Assembly (NCBI GenBank): GCA_964016885.1 | Contig: OZ024741.1 | Span: 129,642,001 to 129,706,000 of the forward strand | Direction: 5' to 3' | Origin: Eledone cirrhosa | Taxonomy: Eukaryota | Length of the DNA: 64,000 nt | In this document: positions 15,775-27,492 of the stretch, piece after piece | Position numbering within the stretch: position 1 is the stretch's first letter | How the letters are laid out: every line of letters starts with the position of its first letter | The notes under the pieces: model-generated | The model's database searches: none | What the model saw: the letters and a program-made list of their open reading frames with translations, nothing else | Told to the model about the DNA's origin: nothing | Position numbers and translations under genes: made by a program

Positions 15775-16530
15775 TAATCTGAGTTTTTCGAATATTAGTA
15801 ATAACATTCGATTCGTATGCACACAAGCCTCAATATGCAAATATTGTTAATATGCAAATCAGGCCGATCAGTCACTGTGTAATTTTGAAAATAGCATATA
15901 TTTTCACTAGCTCTGACAGTTTGGCAGGTGAACAGTGAGTCATACCCAGAAACATTAGTGTCTGCAGTTCTGTTCGCATGCCAACATAAGAGCAAGAATG
16001 AAGTGTTCATTCTACTTACATCGCTATAAAATTGAGGCTTGTGTGCATAATTGCAAACGAATCAAATGTTATTAATATTCGAAAAACTCAGATTACATTT
16101 ATTGTATTCAGTAATGTAGAGCGGAATTTTCTTTTTTATTTGAATTTGGCAAAGCCGGCCATTTACCGCTAGTATACAGGAAACTGACAGGCCAGTCTGC
16201 TGATATGCAAATCTGGCTGATCAGTGGATCTGCTAATATGCAGATCTGACTGATCACCCAGTCTACTAATATGAAAATCAAGCCGATCAGTCATTGTATT
16301 TTTGAAAATAGCATATATTTTCACTAGCTCTGACAGTTTGGCAGGTGAACAGTGAGCTGTACTGATGAAGGGTGATACCCAGAAACATTAGTGTCTGCAG
16401 TTCTGTTCGCATGCCAACATAAGAGCAAGAATAAAGTGTTCATTCTACTGACATGGCTATACAATTGAGGCTTGTGTGTATAATTGCAAACGAATCGAAT
16501 GTTATTCTTAATAACTCAGACTACAGTTAT
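15775..16530 (+). mobile_element. HHR-bearing non-autonomous unit (~433 bp, ~1.6 tandem copies plus inverted 5' arm)
   Basis: 15849-16097 repeats at 16268-16525; 15775-15835 is an inverted copy of 16031-16097; the first HHR copy has a core deletion. Confidence 0.7.
16354..16403 (+). ncRNA. Type I hammerhead ribozyme
   Basis: gagctgta-CTGATGA-a gggt gat accc a-GAAA-cattagtg-TC-tgcagttc: 8-bp stem I and GUC site. Confidence 0.85.
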
Positions 16531-16549
16531 TAAGAACTCAGACTACAGT

Positions 16550-16585
<36 letters not shown>

Positions 16586-16681
16586 TATCAAAAGTGGAAC
16601 TATACAATCAAATTTCAAAGGAGAGTAGAGACAGATTTATACATCGTATTTGTCAGCCACGGAACGAGGCAGTAGCTCAAT

Positions 16682-16712
<31 letters not shown>

Positions 16713-16972
16713 CGATATTAAACAAATGGAAACTATATTTATAAAACCATATTTATTTCGTTATATATATTTCTGGGATATCATATTAAAAATATGTTAT
16801 GCCTTCCTCAGACAAAATACAATACATAAGCTGTTTTATAAATAATTAGTGACATACCTTTTGAGAATGCAACTTCCTTTTAAAAAAGTTGATACCAAAT
16901 CAACTTTTTTAAAAGGAAGTTGCATTCTCAAAAGGTATGTCACTAATTATTTATAAAACAGCTTATGTATTG

Positions 16973-17038
16973 TATTTTGTCTGAGGAAGGCATAACATAT
17001 TTTTAATATGATATCCCAGAAATATATATAACGAAATA
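16973..17038 (+). ncRNA. Type I hammerhead ribozyme (mirror copy on minus strand at 16754-16819)
   Basis: tattttgt-CTGAGGA-stem II-GAAA-tatata-TA-acgaaata. Confidence 0.8.
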
Positions 17039-17166
17039 AATATGGTTTTATAAATATAGTTTCCATTTGTTTAATATCGTAAACCTACTCCAGAAACTGT
17101 CGAGTGCTTTTATATCAGTTATAAAATATTTACTCGTTGTAACCCAACAATCTTAAATATAACTTT

Positions 17167-17202
<36 letters not shown>

Positions 17203-17207
<5 letters not shown>

Positions 17208-17972
17208 ATAATAATAAATTTGAAGACTAAAATCCAAAGAGGGCTCGATAAGGATAAATATATATCAAATATATAAGAACCGTAGAGCAAATATTTATTA
17301 AAATAACAGATTAAAGTTTAAGCAAAGAATCGCTGCTTTCACCCTTAACGGGATCTTCTGAAACTAACAAAGTCAATCTGTAAACGCAGAAGTGGATATT
17401 TCAAAAAACGTTGCAACCGGAGGAAGACAGGAAGACGATACTTTGGTTTTTATGTATGTTTTCCTGCTTGGTACGGGTATGTTCGTTGTAGAAATATTCA
17501 GATGTTGTTTCTGCATGATAGTAGAGTGCGTTTACAGATTGACTTTGTTAGTTTCAGAAGATCCCGTTAAGGGTGAAAGCAGCGATTCTTTGCTTAAACT
17601 TTAATCTGTTATTTTAATAAATATTTGCTCTACGGTTCTTATATATTTGATATATATTTATCCTTATCGAGCCCTCTTTGGATTTTAGTCTTCAAATTTA
17701 TTATTATTACTATTTGGCTCCCTCGGTTGAGCACTCTACTGACTTATATTCATCATGCAGAAACAACATCTGAATATTTCTACAACGAACATACCCGTAC
17801 CAAGCAGGAAAACATACCTAAAAACCAAAGTATCGTCTTCCTGTCTTCCTCCGGTTGCAACGTTTTTTGAAATATCCACTTCTGCGTTTACAGATTGACT
17901 TTGTTAGTTTCAGAAGATCCCGTTAAGGGTGAAAGCAGCGATTCTTTGCTTAAACTTTAATCTGTTATTTTA

Positions 17973-17980
<8 letters not shown>
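17203..17980 (+). mobile_element. Non-autonomous 356-bp unit: inverted copy plus ~1.3 tandem copies between (TA)n
   Basis: gcgtttacagattg at 17528 and 17884; 17203-17520 is inverted. Fragments also at 15583-15770, 20420-20522, 33349-33410 and 52895-53047. Confidence 0.75.
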
Positions 17981-18054
<74 letters not shown>

Positions 18055-18579
18055 CGAGAAAAACCACAAACCCTCCATCTCAATTCTACTTTTGAAAAGC
18101 ATAAGAACTGTGAAACCGGTGAAGGAAACAAATAAATATTCTTAAAAAGACTCCAGCTGCATTTTCGATTTCTCCTCTTTTCCTTATACTTTCATTCGTG
18201 TAGGACATCTCGTTTTTTTTTCATTTTGAAAAAAAACCTCATTTTCTTATATATATATAAATATATATATTATATAGGAAAAGAGTTACGACCCCGTCGG
18301 CTAAACTCCGGCCGTTTCGACAGTTAGATCCGAACAGTTCGGATCTAGCTATCGAAACGACCGGAGCTCAGCCGTCGGGGTCCCACTCTCCTACCCTAAG
18401 TATTGAGTACTCTGGTGCGTTATGGTTCCATCTGGTATCTTTCCACACCCTCTTTATTATATATATATACATGTGTGTGTGTGTGCATGTATGTATGTAT
18501 GTATGTATGTATGTATGTATGTATGTATGTATGTATGTATGTATGAATGTATGTATGCATGTATGTATGTATGTATGTA

Positions 18580-18621
<42 letters not shown>

Positions 18622-18678
18622 GTGTGTGTGTGTGTATTGTTGTACTGGCATTAATAAATATGCTGGGTCCGTCAACCC

Positions 18679-18786
<108 letters not shown>

Positions 18787-18993
18787 AAGTTTGTCCTCAT
18801 CAGTGGCCTTCCAACCGTCGTAGGCATTTCGTAGCATTAAACGCCATATACCTCAGGTTTTTTAGCCGTTGCTCGCACCAACCTGAGGTATATGGCCTTT
18901 AATGCGACGAAATGCCTACGACGGTTGGAAGGCCACTGATGAGGAAAAACTTTTTCATATGTAACCCATTTTCAGCGCCGCAGCTCCATTATT

Positions 18994-19050
<57 letters not shown>

Positions 19051-19072
19051 AGAGACTATTGTTACACTCCCA

Positions 19073-19130
<58 letters not shown>

Positions 19131-19138
19131 TATTTGCT

Positions 19139-19753
19139 TGTTAAAATAATCAATATATATTAATTCAACAGTGAGACACACATAGGAATAATAGGGTTAT
19201 TACCAAAGAGCCAGATGATTGACAAGTCGACCCTAAATATGACTAATAGCTCTAGGAAAGCCATCAACGGCACCACATATTTTCAACTTAAATTTTGAAA
19301 GTTGGTTTATAATTATTAATTTTCATTATACTTTTGTGGCTCTCTCGGCGGCCTAGTTTGAGGAATTATAGACAGTGGTGATCTTGGTCTGAAATTCAAT
19401 CCAGGTGCGGAGTAGGGTTCCCGGTAAACCTTTTCAGTTTTTTCTATGTTCAGTTTTTTCTAAAATAAAAACTGAAAAACACTACATGTACTTCTTGACC
19501 AGGATTGAACCCAAGACCGAGATCGCCACCATCTCTAGTACCTACCGCTAGGCCACAGAGACAACTACGCACATTTTATGAAAATTCATACTTATAAACA
19601 TACTTTCAAAATTTCCAAAACAATGTGATATGGTGTCGTTTATGTCTTTCTTAATATTATTGATCCTACTTAAGGTCGACTTCTAAATTATTTGGGTGTT
19701 CCATAAACTTCATTCTGTTTTTTTTTTTACATCTATCTATGCTATATTTTAAC
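19139..19753. repeat. Diverged ~600-bp palindromic (MITE-like) element with tRNA-like segments in both arms
   Basis: Paired motifs aagtcgacc/ggtcgactt, ttttgaaagt/actttcaaaa, ggcctag/ctaggcc, ttcaatcc/ggattgaa and tttcagttttt/aaaaactgaaa. Confidence 0.65.
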
Positions 19754-20159
19754 ATGTATATATATATATATATACAGTGGTGGACCCTGTCTGGCCAGGA
19801 GATGAAGGAGGCCCACCTACATATAGAATTCTATAATTTAATTTTTATAATGAATAAATAACATTTTCAAAAAATACATAAGCGGAAACAAAACAGTGCA
19901 ATCAAATTTTGCGGAAAAATTTCTTACCTTTTCCAATAAAAAAATATTATGTATTTTGCGAAATCCAGAGACTTTCAATAATGACCTTTGGTCTTTCACA
20001 CTCACTCAATATATATATATATACATATACACACACACACATATATATATATATATAATAGGAACGATCGACTTTCGTCAAATCGGACCGAGGGAACAAT
20101 GTTTCCGTTGGTCTTTCCAATAGCTAATACTATCTATCGGTCGCAACTCCAGGTAGAAG

Positions 20160-20276
20160 GAGCAACGTGAAATAAAGTGTCTTGCTCAAGGACATAACGC
20201 ATCGCCTGGTCCAGGAATCGAACTCACAACCTTACGATTGCGAATCCAATTCTCTAACCACTCAGCCACACGCCTA
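20160..20276 (-). mobile_element. tRNA-derived SINE (CORE-like body)
   Basis: A box TGGCTGAGTGG, B box GAGTTCGATTCC, then tgtccttgagcaagacactttatttcacgttgctcc. Relatives at 37790-37910 (-), 48915-49185 (+) and 49458-49560 (+). Confidence 0.8.
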
Positions 20277-20518
20277 TATATATGGGAGTGCATGTATACG
20301 TGTGCATGTACATGTGTATATAAAAATTTATATATTTGTATACATAACAATTTTCAACTTGTACAAAAAGCCCTAGGGATCAAATTGACATTGTATGTAT
20401 ATATATATATATATATATATTAAAATAACAGATTAATGTTTAAGGGTTCTTATATATTTGATATATATTTATCCTTATCGAGTCCTCTTTGGATTTTAGT
20501 CATCACATTTATTATTAT

Positions 20519-20612
<94 letters not shown>

Positions 20613-20750
20613 AGTGTAATTTACTACACAAAACGAAGGTTATAGAGAAAATTGAGGTTGGTAATGGCACATGGAATATATAAGAGACAGAATACTTTTT
20701 TGTGAAAAAACATATAATTTTATAAGGTAAGGAAATAATAAAGGGTATAA

Positions 20751-20798
20751 AAAATGACCGGTTTCGATGGGTCTGCAAAAGCCATCTTTTCAAATGTT
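20751..20798 (-). ncRNA. Hammerhead variant with U3-A8 core
   Basis: Minus strand reads aacat-TTGAAAA-gatgg...ccatc-GAAA-ccgg-TC-atttt. Confidence 0.6.
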
Positions 20799-21164
20799 GA
20801 TTAATATTAAGAAAAATTAATAATAAGAAGAGTTAAAATTTGAGATTTGAAAATTCAAGTATAAAATTCATTGTGGGATTTCATAGTAGTTTTCATCTTG
20901 GTAGCCGCAAGTTGACTGCTGTGTGCCTTTCTGGTAGTGAATGAGAAGTTATTTGGGGGTGTGGGTTATTTTATAAAGGTCAGATTTAGCAATGGCCAGA
21001 TGGCCAGCTGCTGGTCAGTGAGGGGGTGGAAGCAATATACATACATATATCTATCTCCCTGTGGTCGGTAGGAGAGGGGAGATTGATAGAAAGGGATTTA
21101 GTGCAAATACATCTATATATACACACATACCTTCATCCACACATACATACATATACATATACAT

Positions 21165-21209
<45 letters not shown>

Positions 21210-22146
21210 CATATACACACATACATACACACACACATACATATACATACACACACATATATATGCACATACACACACATATATATACACACACACACAC
21301 ATATATATATATACATACACATACATCCAGATACACACATACATACACACACACACACACACATATATATATATGTGTGTACATACACATATATACACAC
21401 ATATACATACACATATATATACACACACCCACACATACATACACACACATATATATACATGGTGGCTGCCAACTCGTTTTCGAGTACGGCCACTACTTTA
21501 TATCCATGTAGGAGAACCCCTACCGATGCGCTGAACGAGTGTGGCTTTTTAGTCCAGCCAACGACTTGAAAACTCTGGTACAAACACTACACTTGTGACA
21601 ATTATTGACACATAGTGCTGGGCCCATGGTACCATGTGACGACAAGTGCAGAGAGATCTCCAGATATAAAGCAATGCCTGTGCAGTGAAGCTTTTATAGT
21701 GAGCAAAGGCACTGCACAAAGCCAGTCCCACTCTCTTAACCAAGATGATATTTACCAAAAAGAAGAACAAGTCAACATCATTGGATACCATCAGAGTTGC
21801 AGGTGTTATATCAGAGTTTTCCTTCTCCTAGAATTCTGCCTTGACAAAGGCTAAGGGGTCATCTCTCCCGGTGATTTTGGGTGGCCATTGACTCTTAAGA
21901 GCTCCTTTGCCCTTTGACAGGTTTTGTTTTTAGTCCTGCAGGATGTCCAAAGTCACCCTCCTCACCAAGAAACCTTGGTGGGGTTGCCAGTTTAGTCGCC
22001 AACGACCCGACCATGAGACAGGTTGTACTGGAATATATATACATACACACATACAAACACACACACATATATACACATACACATACATATATATACACAC
22101 ACACACACACATATATATATACACATACGCATACATCCAGATACAC

Positions 22147-22185
<39 letters not shown>

Positions 22186-22329
22186 CAATACATACATCCA
22201 CATGCACACACATACACACACACACACATATACACATACATACACCCATACACAGAGAAATGGCCTCCAAATATATATATATACATACATACACATATTT
22301 TTTCCATAATATAAGAAGTTAGGACAGTG

Positions 22330-24666
22330 AAATTAAAATACAAGTCATTCTGATCACATTGAGTTCTTCATGTAGATTGGGCCCCGCAACCGACAGTGGT
22401 GAATTCTGTGTGCTCATATATATATATATAGATATATGTGTGTGCACGTGCAGGGTTTAACATGGATGTGTTGGTCACACAAAGGCATGGTCTGTCAACG
22501 AATAAATCTGATTCTATAGAATTGGTCTCTGGTCTTTAATAGTAGTGATAATTATATACATGCACACATACAAACACATATATCTGTCACTCCGTGCGTA
22601 TGTGTGTTTATATTTTATGACAATTCTATTGGGGTGATAACCCGTTTAGTTTTGGTTTAAATTTGTTAAGGAATAGATTTTCTTTGTTTATTCTTTGTTG
22701 CTGTGTGAACGAATCTGAGCACTTGTAGAAGGGGAAGATTTTAAAGTTGGGTAGTGTCATTCCTGCGCAGTTCGCAATATGGCTGCTCAAGGGGATTTTT
22801 CTTGTGTTAGCGTCCCGGATTTGTTGGCGGTGGATGGTCATTCTTTTTCGTAATGAGGTGCCCGTCTGTCCTATGTAGTTGTGTTTGCACCCACCGCAAG
22901 TTATTGCGTAAATCAAGTTCTCCGAGTTGCAGGTGAAATTGTTTTTTACTGTAAATGTTTGGCCATCTTTAAATGTAAATTTTTGTCCTTCAGTGAGGTA
23001 GAGGCACGTTCCACAGTTTGTTCTACCACATTTGGTAACTGTAGGGTTGAGGATTGGTTTGGGTATATTTGGTCCAGTGAGAATGCGTTTTAGTGATTTG
23101 GGTTGTCTTTTACTTTTAAGGATCTTGTGTGTTTCAAGAATAGACTTCATTTTTACATCTTTAAGTAGGATGGGGAGGTTTTTGTGTAGGTGATCAAACA
23201 TTTCGATATTTCTGGGGTTGAAAGTGGATACATATGGCAGGGTGTTGAGTGTGGTTTTCTGTTTTGGATTGTTAAGTTGATGGGGATTTAGGTGTTTTGC
23301 CCTGTCTATTCCATTGTTGATTATTTCAAGTGGAAAGGCTCTTAAGATAAGGGTGTATTTTAGTTCCTTTAGTCTTTGCTCCCGTTTAGGTGGATCTGAT
23401 ACTATGGTACATATATGTTTGGCCAAATTGTAAGGAATGTTAAGTTTTGTATGTTTTGGGTGACTTGATATGAAAAAGAGGTATTGCTTGGAATCTGTGG
23501 GTTTATAGAATATATCTGTATCTAATTTCCCGTCTATTACAGAGATGAGAATATCCAAGAAGGATAATTCCTTGGGATTGGATTCCATTGTGAATTGTAT
23601 GTTATTATCTATGTTGTTTATCATGTTTTTAAACATAGTAAGTGAGTTCATGTCTTCTTGCCATAGGATAAATCAGTCGTCTAGATATCTTTTCCAATTG
23701 GCTTTGAGGTGTGTGTGGAAAGAGTCTCCAAATAAGAGAAGGGACTGACTGTATATTTGTTGTTCATGGAATCCCATGACTAGGTTGGCATATGTGGGTG
23801 CTACTTTCGTGCCCATTGCCGTACCTGATACTTGTCTGTATGTTGAACCATTGAATGTGAAGTAGTTATTTTGTAGGATAAAGCGGAGTCCGTCAGTGAT
23901 AAAATCTTTGTTGATGCGTGTCGGTATTTCTGATGGGTGTGTGTTAAGCCAGTATTGGACTGCTGTTATTCCATAGTTGTGGGGTATGTTTGTGTAGAGG
24001 TTTATTACGTCAAAGGAGACAAGAATTGTATTTGCACTTACTGTTTTAGGGAGGTGTTTCAGCATGTCAAGGTCATCTCGAATGTAGCTCTGTATATGTT
24101 GTAGAAAGGGTTTCAGTAGGATGTCCAGAAAGTTGCTAAGTCTGTGGGTTTCACATGTAGGGCCTGCTATAATTGGCCTGAGTTTTAGGTCTTCTGGTGG
24201 TGTTAGTTCAATGTAATTGTTGGTTGAGGTGTCACATGCATCGTTTATAGGTTTACATTTGTGGAGTTTCGGTAAGCCGTAAAAAGAGCTTGTATTGCAT
24301 TTGAAGTGGCTTATATAGTTAAACTCTTTTGTGGTTAAGCTGTTGCGGTATTTATTCAGTAAGGTCAAAAGGTTCCCCATTGTTTTGGTGTGTTTGTAGT
24401 TTTCTGTTTTTTCATAGTATGTGTTGTTTTCTAAAATGTTAAGTGCGAGGGTCCTATAGTAGTCCGTATTCATAATGACAACAGTACTGCCTTTATCGGC
24501 TTCTTTGATAGTTATCTCAGGGTTGTTTCTAAGTGTGAATAATTCTTCCCATTCGTGTGTAGATAGGTTTGATTTCGTGTGTTTATTTGTAATTTTTTCA
24601 TAGGGAAAGTTGGTGATGTGTTCGCAGTACGTGTCCAGTGCTTTATTTCTTCCCTTTTGTGGGAAG
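22330..24666 (-). mobile_element. Penelope-like element (Neptune-type), 5'-truncated, with one in-frame TGA
   Basis: One frame from ~24660: KEADKGSTVVIM, FYGLPKLHK, LRPIIAG, FDVINLYTNIP, GTAMGTKVAPTYANL, RYLDD*FILW, FLDI, CGRTNCGTC linker, LIYAITCGGCKHNYIGQTG..R...H, stop at 22626. The 3' boundary is approximate. Confidence 0.9.
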
Positions 24667-24690
24667 TATATATATATATATATGTATATA

Positions 24691-25356
24691 AACTAATATA
24701 TATGATGAAACACAGGTACCAACACATCTGTATTTATATTGCAAAAGAAAATGTTCATCATATATATTAGTTTATACACGGCTCAGAAATATTTCCTTCT
24801 TCGAGCTAATTCCATTGTAAAAGAATTCATTACACTTAATATTATAACTGCTCCTAGGCTGAGCTGAACGTAGCCTCATATATACGACTGTTATTTATAG
24901 CAGTACGGTTATGAGACTAGCTAGAAACTGTAAACCATGTGCGTTACACAGTCTTTTAAATTATTTAGAAGTGAAGCATATCAATTTGTCCCTGGATGTT
25001 TACTGAGGAGAGCAGGACATGATATTCCTACACTTATTCATCTCGAAACATATTTGGATTTTAAAGTTTAAACTTATCTACGGAACAGGTTTGATTTTGA
25101 AATTTAAATGTGTCTAAACATCATAGCCATTTGGCAATGCAGTTCGTCTTTGTTGATTTATTATTTTAAATCGATATGGACAAACTGTAGTATAATAATT
25201 AGTATACTTCATTCTGGCTAAATTTTCTTTTGCAATATAAATACAGATGTGTTGGTATCTGTGTTTCATCATATATATTAGTTTATACACGGCTCAGAAA
25301 TATTTCCTTCTTCGAGCTAATTCCATTGTAAAATAATTCATTACACTTAATATTAT
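24691..25356 (+). mobile_element. HHR-bearing non-autonomous 511-bp unit with terminal direct repeat and inverted 5' arm
   Basis: tttatacacggctcag at 24771 and 25282; 24691-24752 inverted. A diverged relative lies at 26650-27165 (-). Confidence 0.7.
24999..25058 (+). ncRNA. Hammerhead-like motif
   Basis: ttta-CTGAGGA-gag...ctc-GAAA-cata-TT-tgga. Stem III is imperfect (catg in the related copy at 26884-26968). Confidence 0.55.
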
Positions 25357-25527
25357 ATGTATATATATATGTATATATATATATATTTCGTTTCTGAATT
25401 TGTTTAGCAAGATTCTTTATCTGAAAACGTGTGTTGAAACCGATACTGTTATACTTTGGGAGGGTCATGTTGCCAATAATTGGCAACATATATATATATT
25501 ATTGGCAACATGACCCTCCCAAAGCAT

Positions 25528-25624
<97 letters not shown>

Positions 25625-26226
25625 TAGACACACACTATATATATATATATATATATGTATGTTCGCATGCATGAATGAATACACTAAACTTTAGATTTAG
25701 TAGGATGTACAACCACTGATTCCAGCTACTTGCAATATCATATATCTTGCTTTCTATTAATTCCCTGGGAAATTGGTTGACCAAATGCTTCGCTTAATTG
25801 TTTTATTATAATTTGTTTTAATTTATTCTTTCTCTGAGACTTCAGGTATTTTTTGAAAGCCAAGCATTGGCTCCTAAATACTACAGTGGGCCCTGCATTG
25901 CTACTGTGGGCTTCTTAAATGCTACCGTGGGCAACCTGGCAACCTGGCCTGTCCGCCACTGTGAACGTCAGCATTCCACGTCCATCTTCTACAAGGCCGA
26001 ACTTTAGCATACAGAGTTCATGAATATCTGCAACCTTTAAAAAGCTGCTTTACTGAAATTCCGTCAACATCAAATGCTGATAAAACCATTGCAGAAGCGA
26101 CAGGAATGTTAAAATACCTGAATCATGATAATTTCCTAAGTATCTGACTATCCAGGAGATTCCAACCAGAATGGTTGCATTTTTTAAGGGTATGTCAATA
26201 TTTATTTATAAAACTAACCTATATTA

Positions 26227-26292
26227 TATTTTATCTGATGAAAGCGCACCATAGTTTGCTCTGGTGGCCCTTGAAATATGTATAATGAAATA
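26227..26292 (+). ncRNA. Type I hammerhead ribozyme
   Basis: tattttat-CTGATGA-aagcgcacca...tggtggccctt-GAAA-tatgta-TA-atgaaata. Confidence 0.8.
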
Positions 26293-26332
26293 AATATGGT
26301 TTTATAAATATAGTTTCCATTTGTTAATATAT

Positions 26333-26406
<74 letters not shown>

Positions 26407-26574
26407 TGAGATTCTACAGGACTAGAACTGTTTCATTCCTTAGAAATCTGATGATTTCTAAAGAATGAAACAGTTCTAGTCGTGTAGAATCTCATCTATA
26501 TTAAAACTTTTATACTCTGCAATGTATTGAGTACCTTACTTACTATAGTTACCTCCGATTCAACCCGGAATAAC

Positions 26575-26653
<79 letters not shown>

Positions 26654-27166
26654 AGTTAATATAAATTAATATATGATAAACACTTACGTGTTTTTATTGT
26701 AATTGACAATAAAATAGCTAGAATGAAATATCTTAATTCAAATACATATAGTCTGCCTGTATCGATCTAAAAAATAAATAATCATTACTCACAAACACAT
26801 ATCGGCAAAAAGCCTTGGTACATAGACAAGTTTAAATTTCAAAATTCAAACTTTTTCCGCAGATCAGTTCGAACTTCAAAATGTAAACATGTTTCACAAA
26901 GGATGGTATAATAGTGAAATAATTAATTAATTAATAGTGAAATAATTAATTTTCTGTGTTTATCAATAGGTACCCAGAAAAATTAAGTTACTTCACCTCG
27001 GAAAAATATCTAAGGTCTGGTTAACGTAGCGAAAATACACGAGGTTTTGCACACGAATTATTCCAGTCCTCTAGCCTCCCATACTCATGGTGCTAGAAAT
27101 AACAGCCGTTTATATGGGATTACACATTCAGCTCGACCTAGGGAGCAGTAATATAATAATTTAGAG

Positions 27167-27292
<126 letters not shown>

Positions 27293-27492
27293 TGATATAT
27301 ATAGTGTGATATGAAACACACACACCTGTTGGTTTTCATTTCAATTATATGTGTGTGTGTGTGTGTTTATAAATATATATATATATATACATATATTTAT
27401 AAACACACACATATAATAGAAATGAAAACCAACAGGTGCGTGTGTTTTTTGGGGGGCAGCATGACCCTCCCAAAGTATATATATATATATAT

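Noticed and set aside
16195-16295. Three or four ~31-bp tandem repeats (ctgctaatatgcagatctg) as a CRISPR-like array
   Set aside because: No unique spacers, no cas genes, eukaryotic context; it is a minisatellite inside the 433-bp unit.
20195-20276. tRNA gene
   Set aside because: A and B boxes are present but the sequence continues into a repeated SINE body; no clean cloverleaf or terminator.
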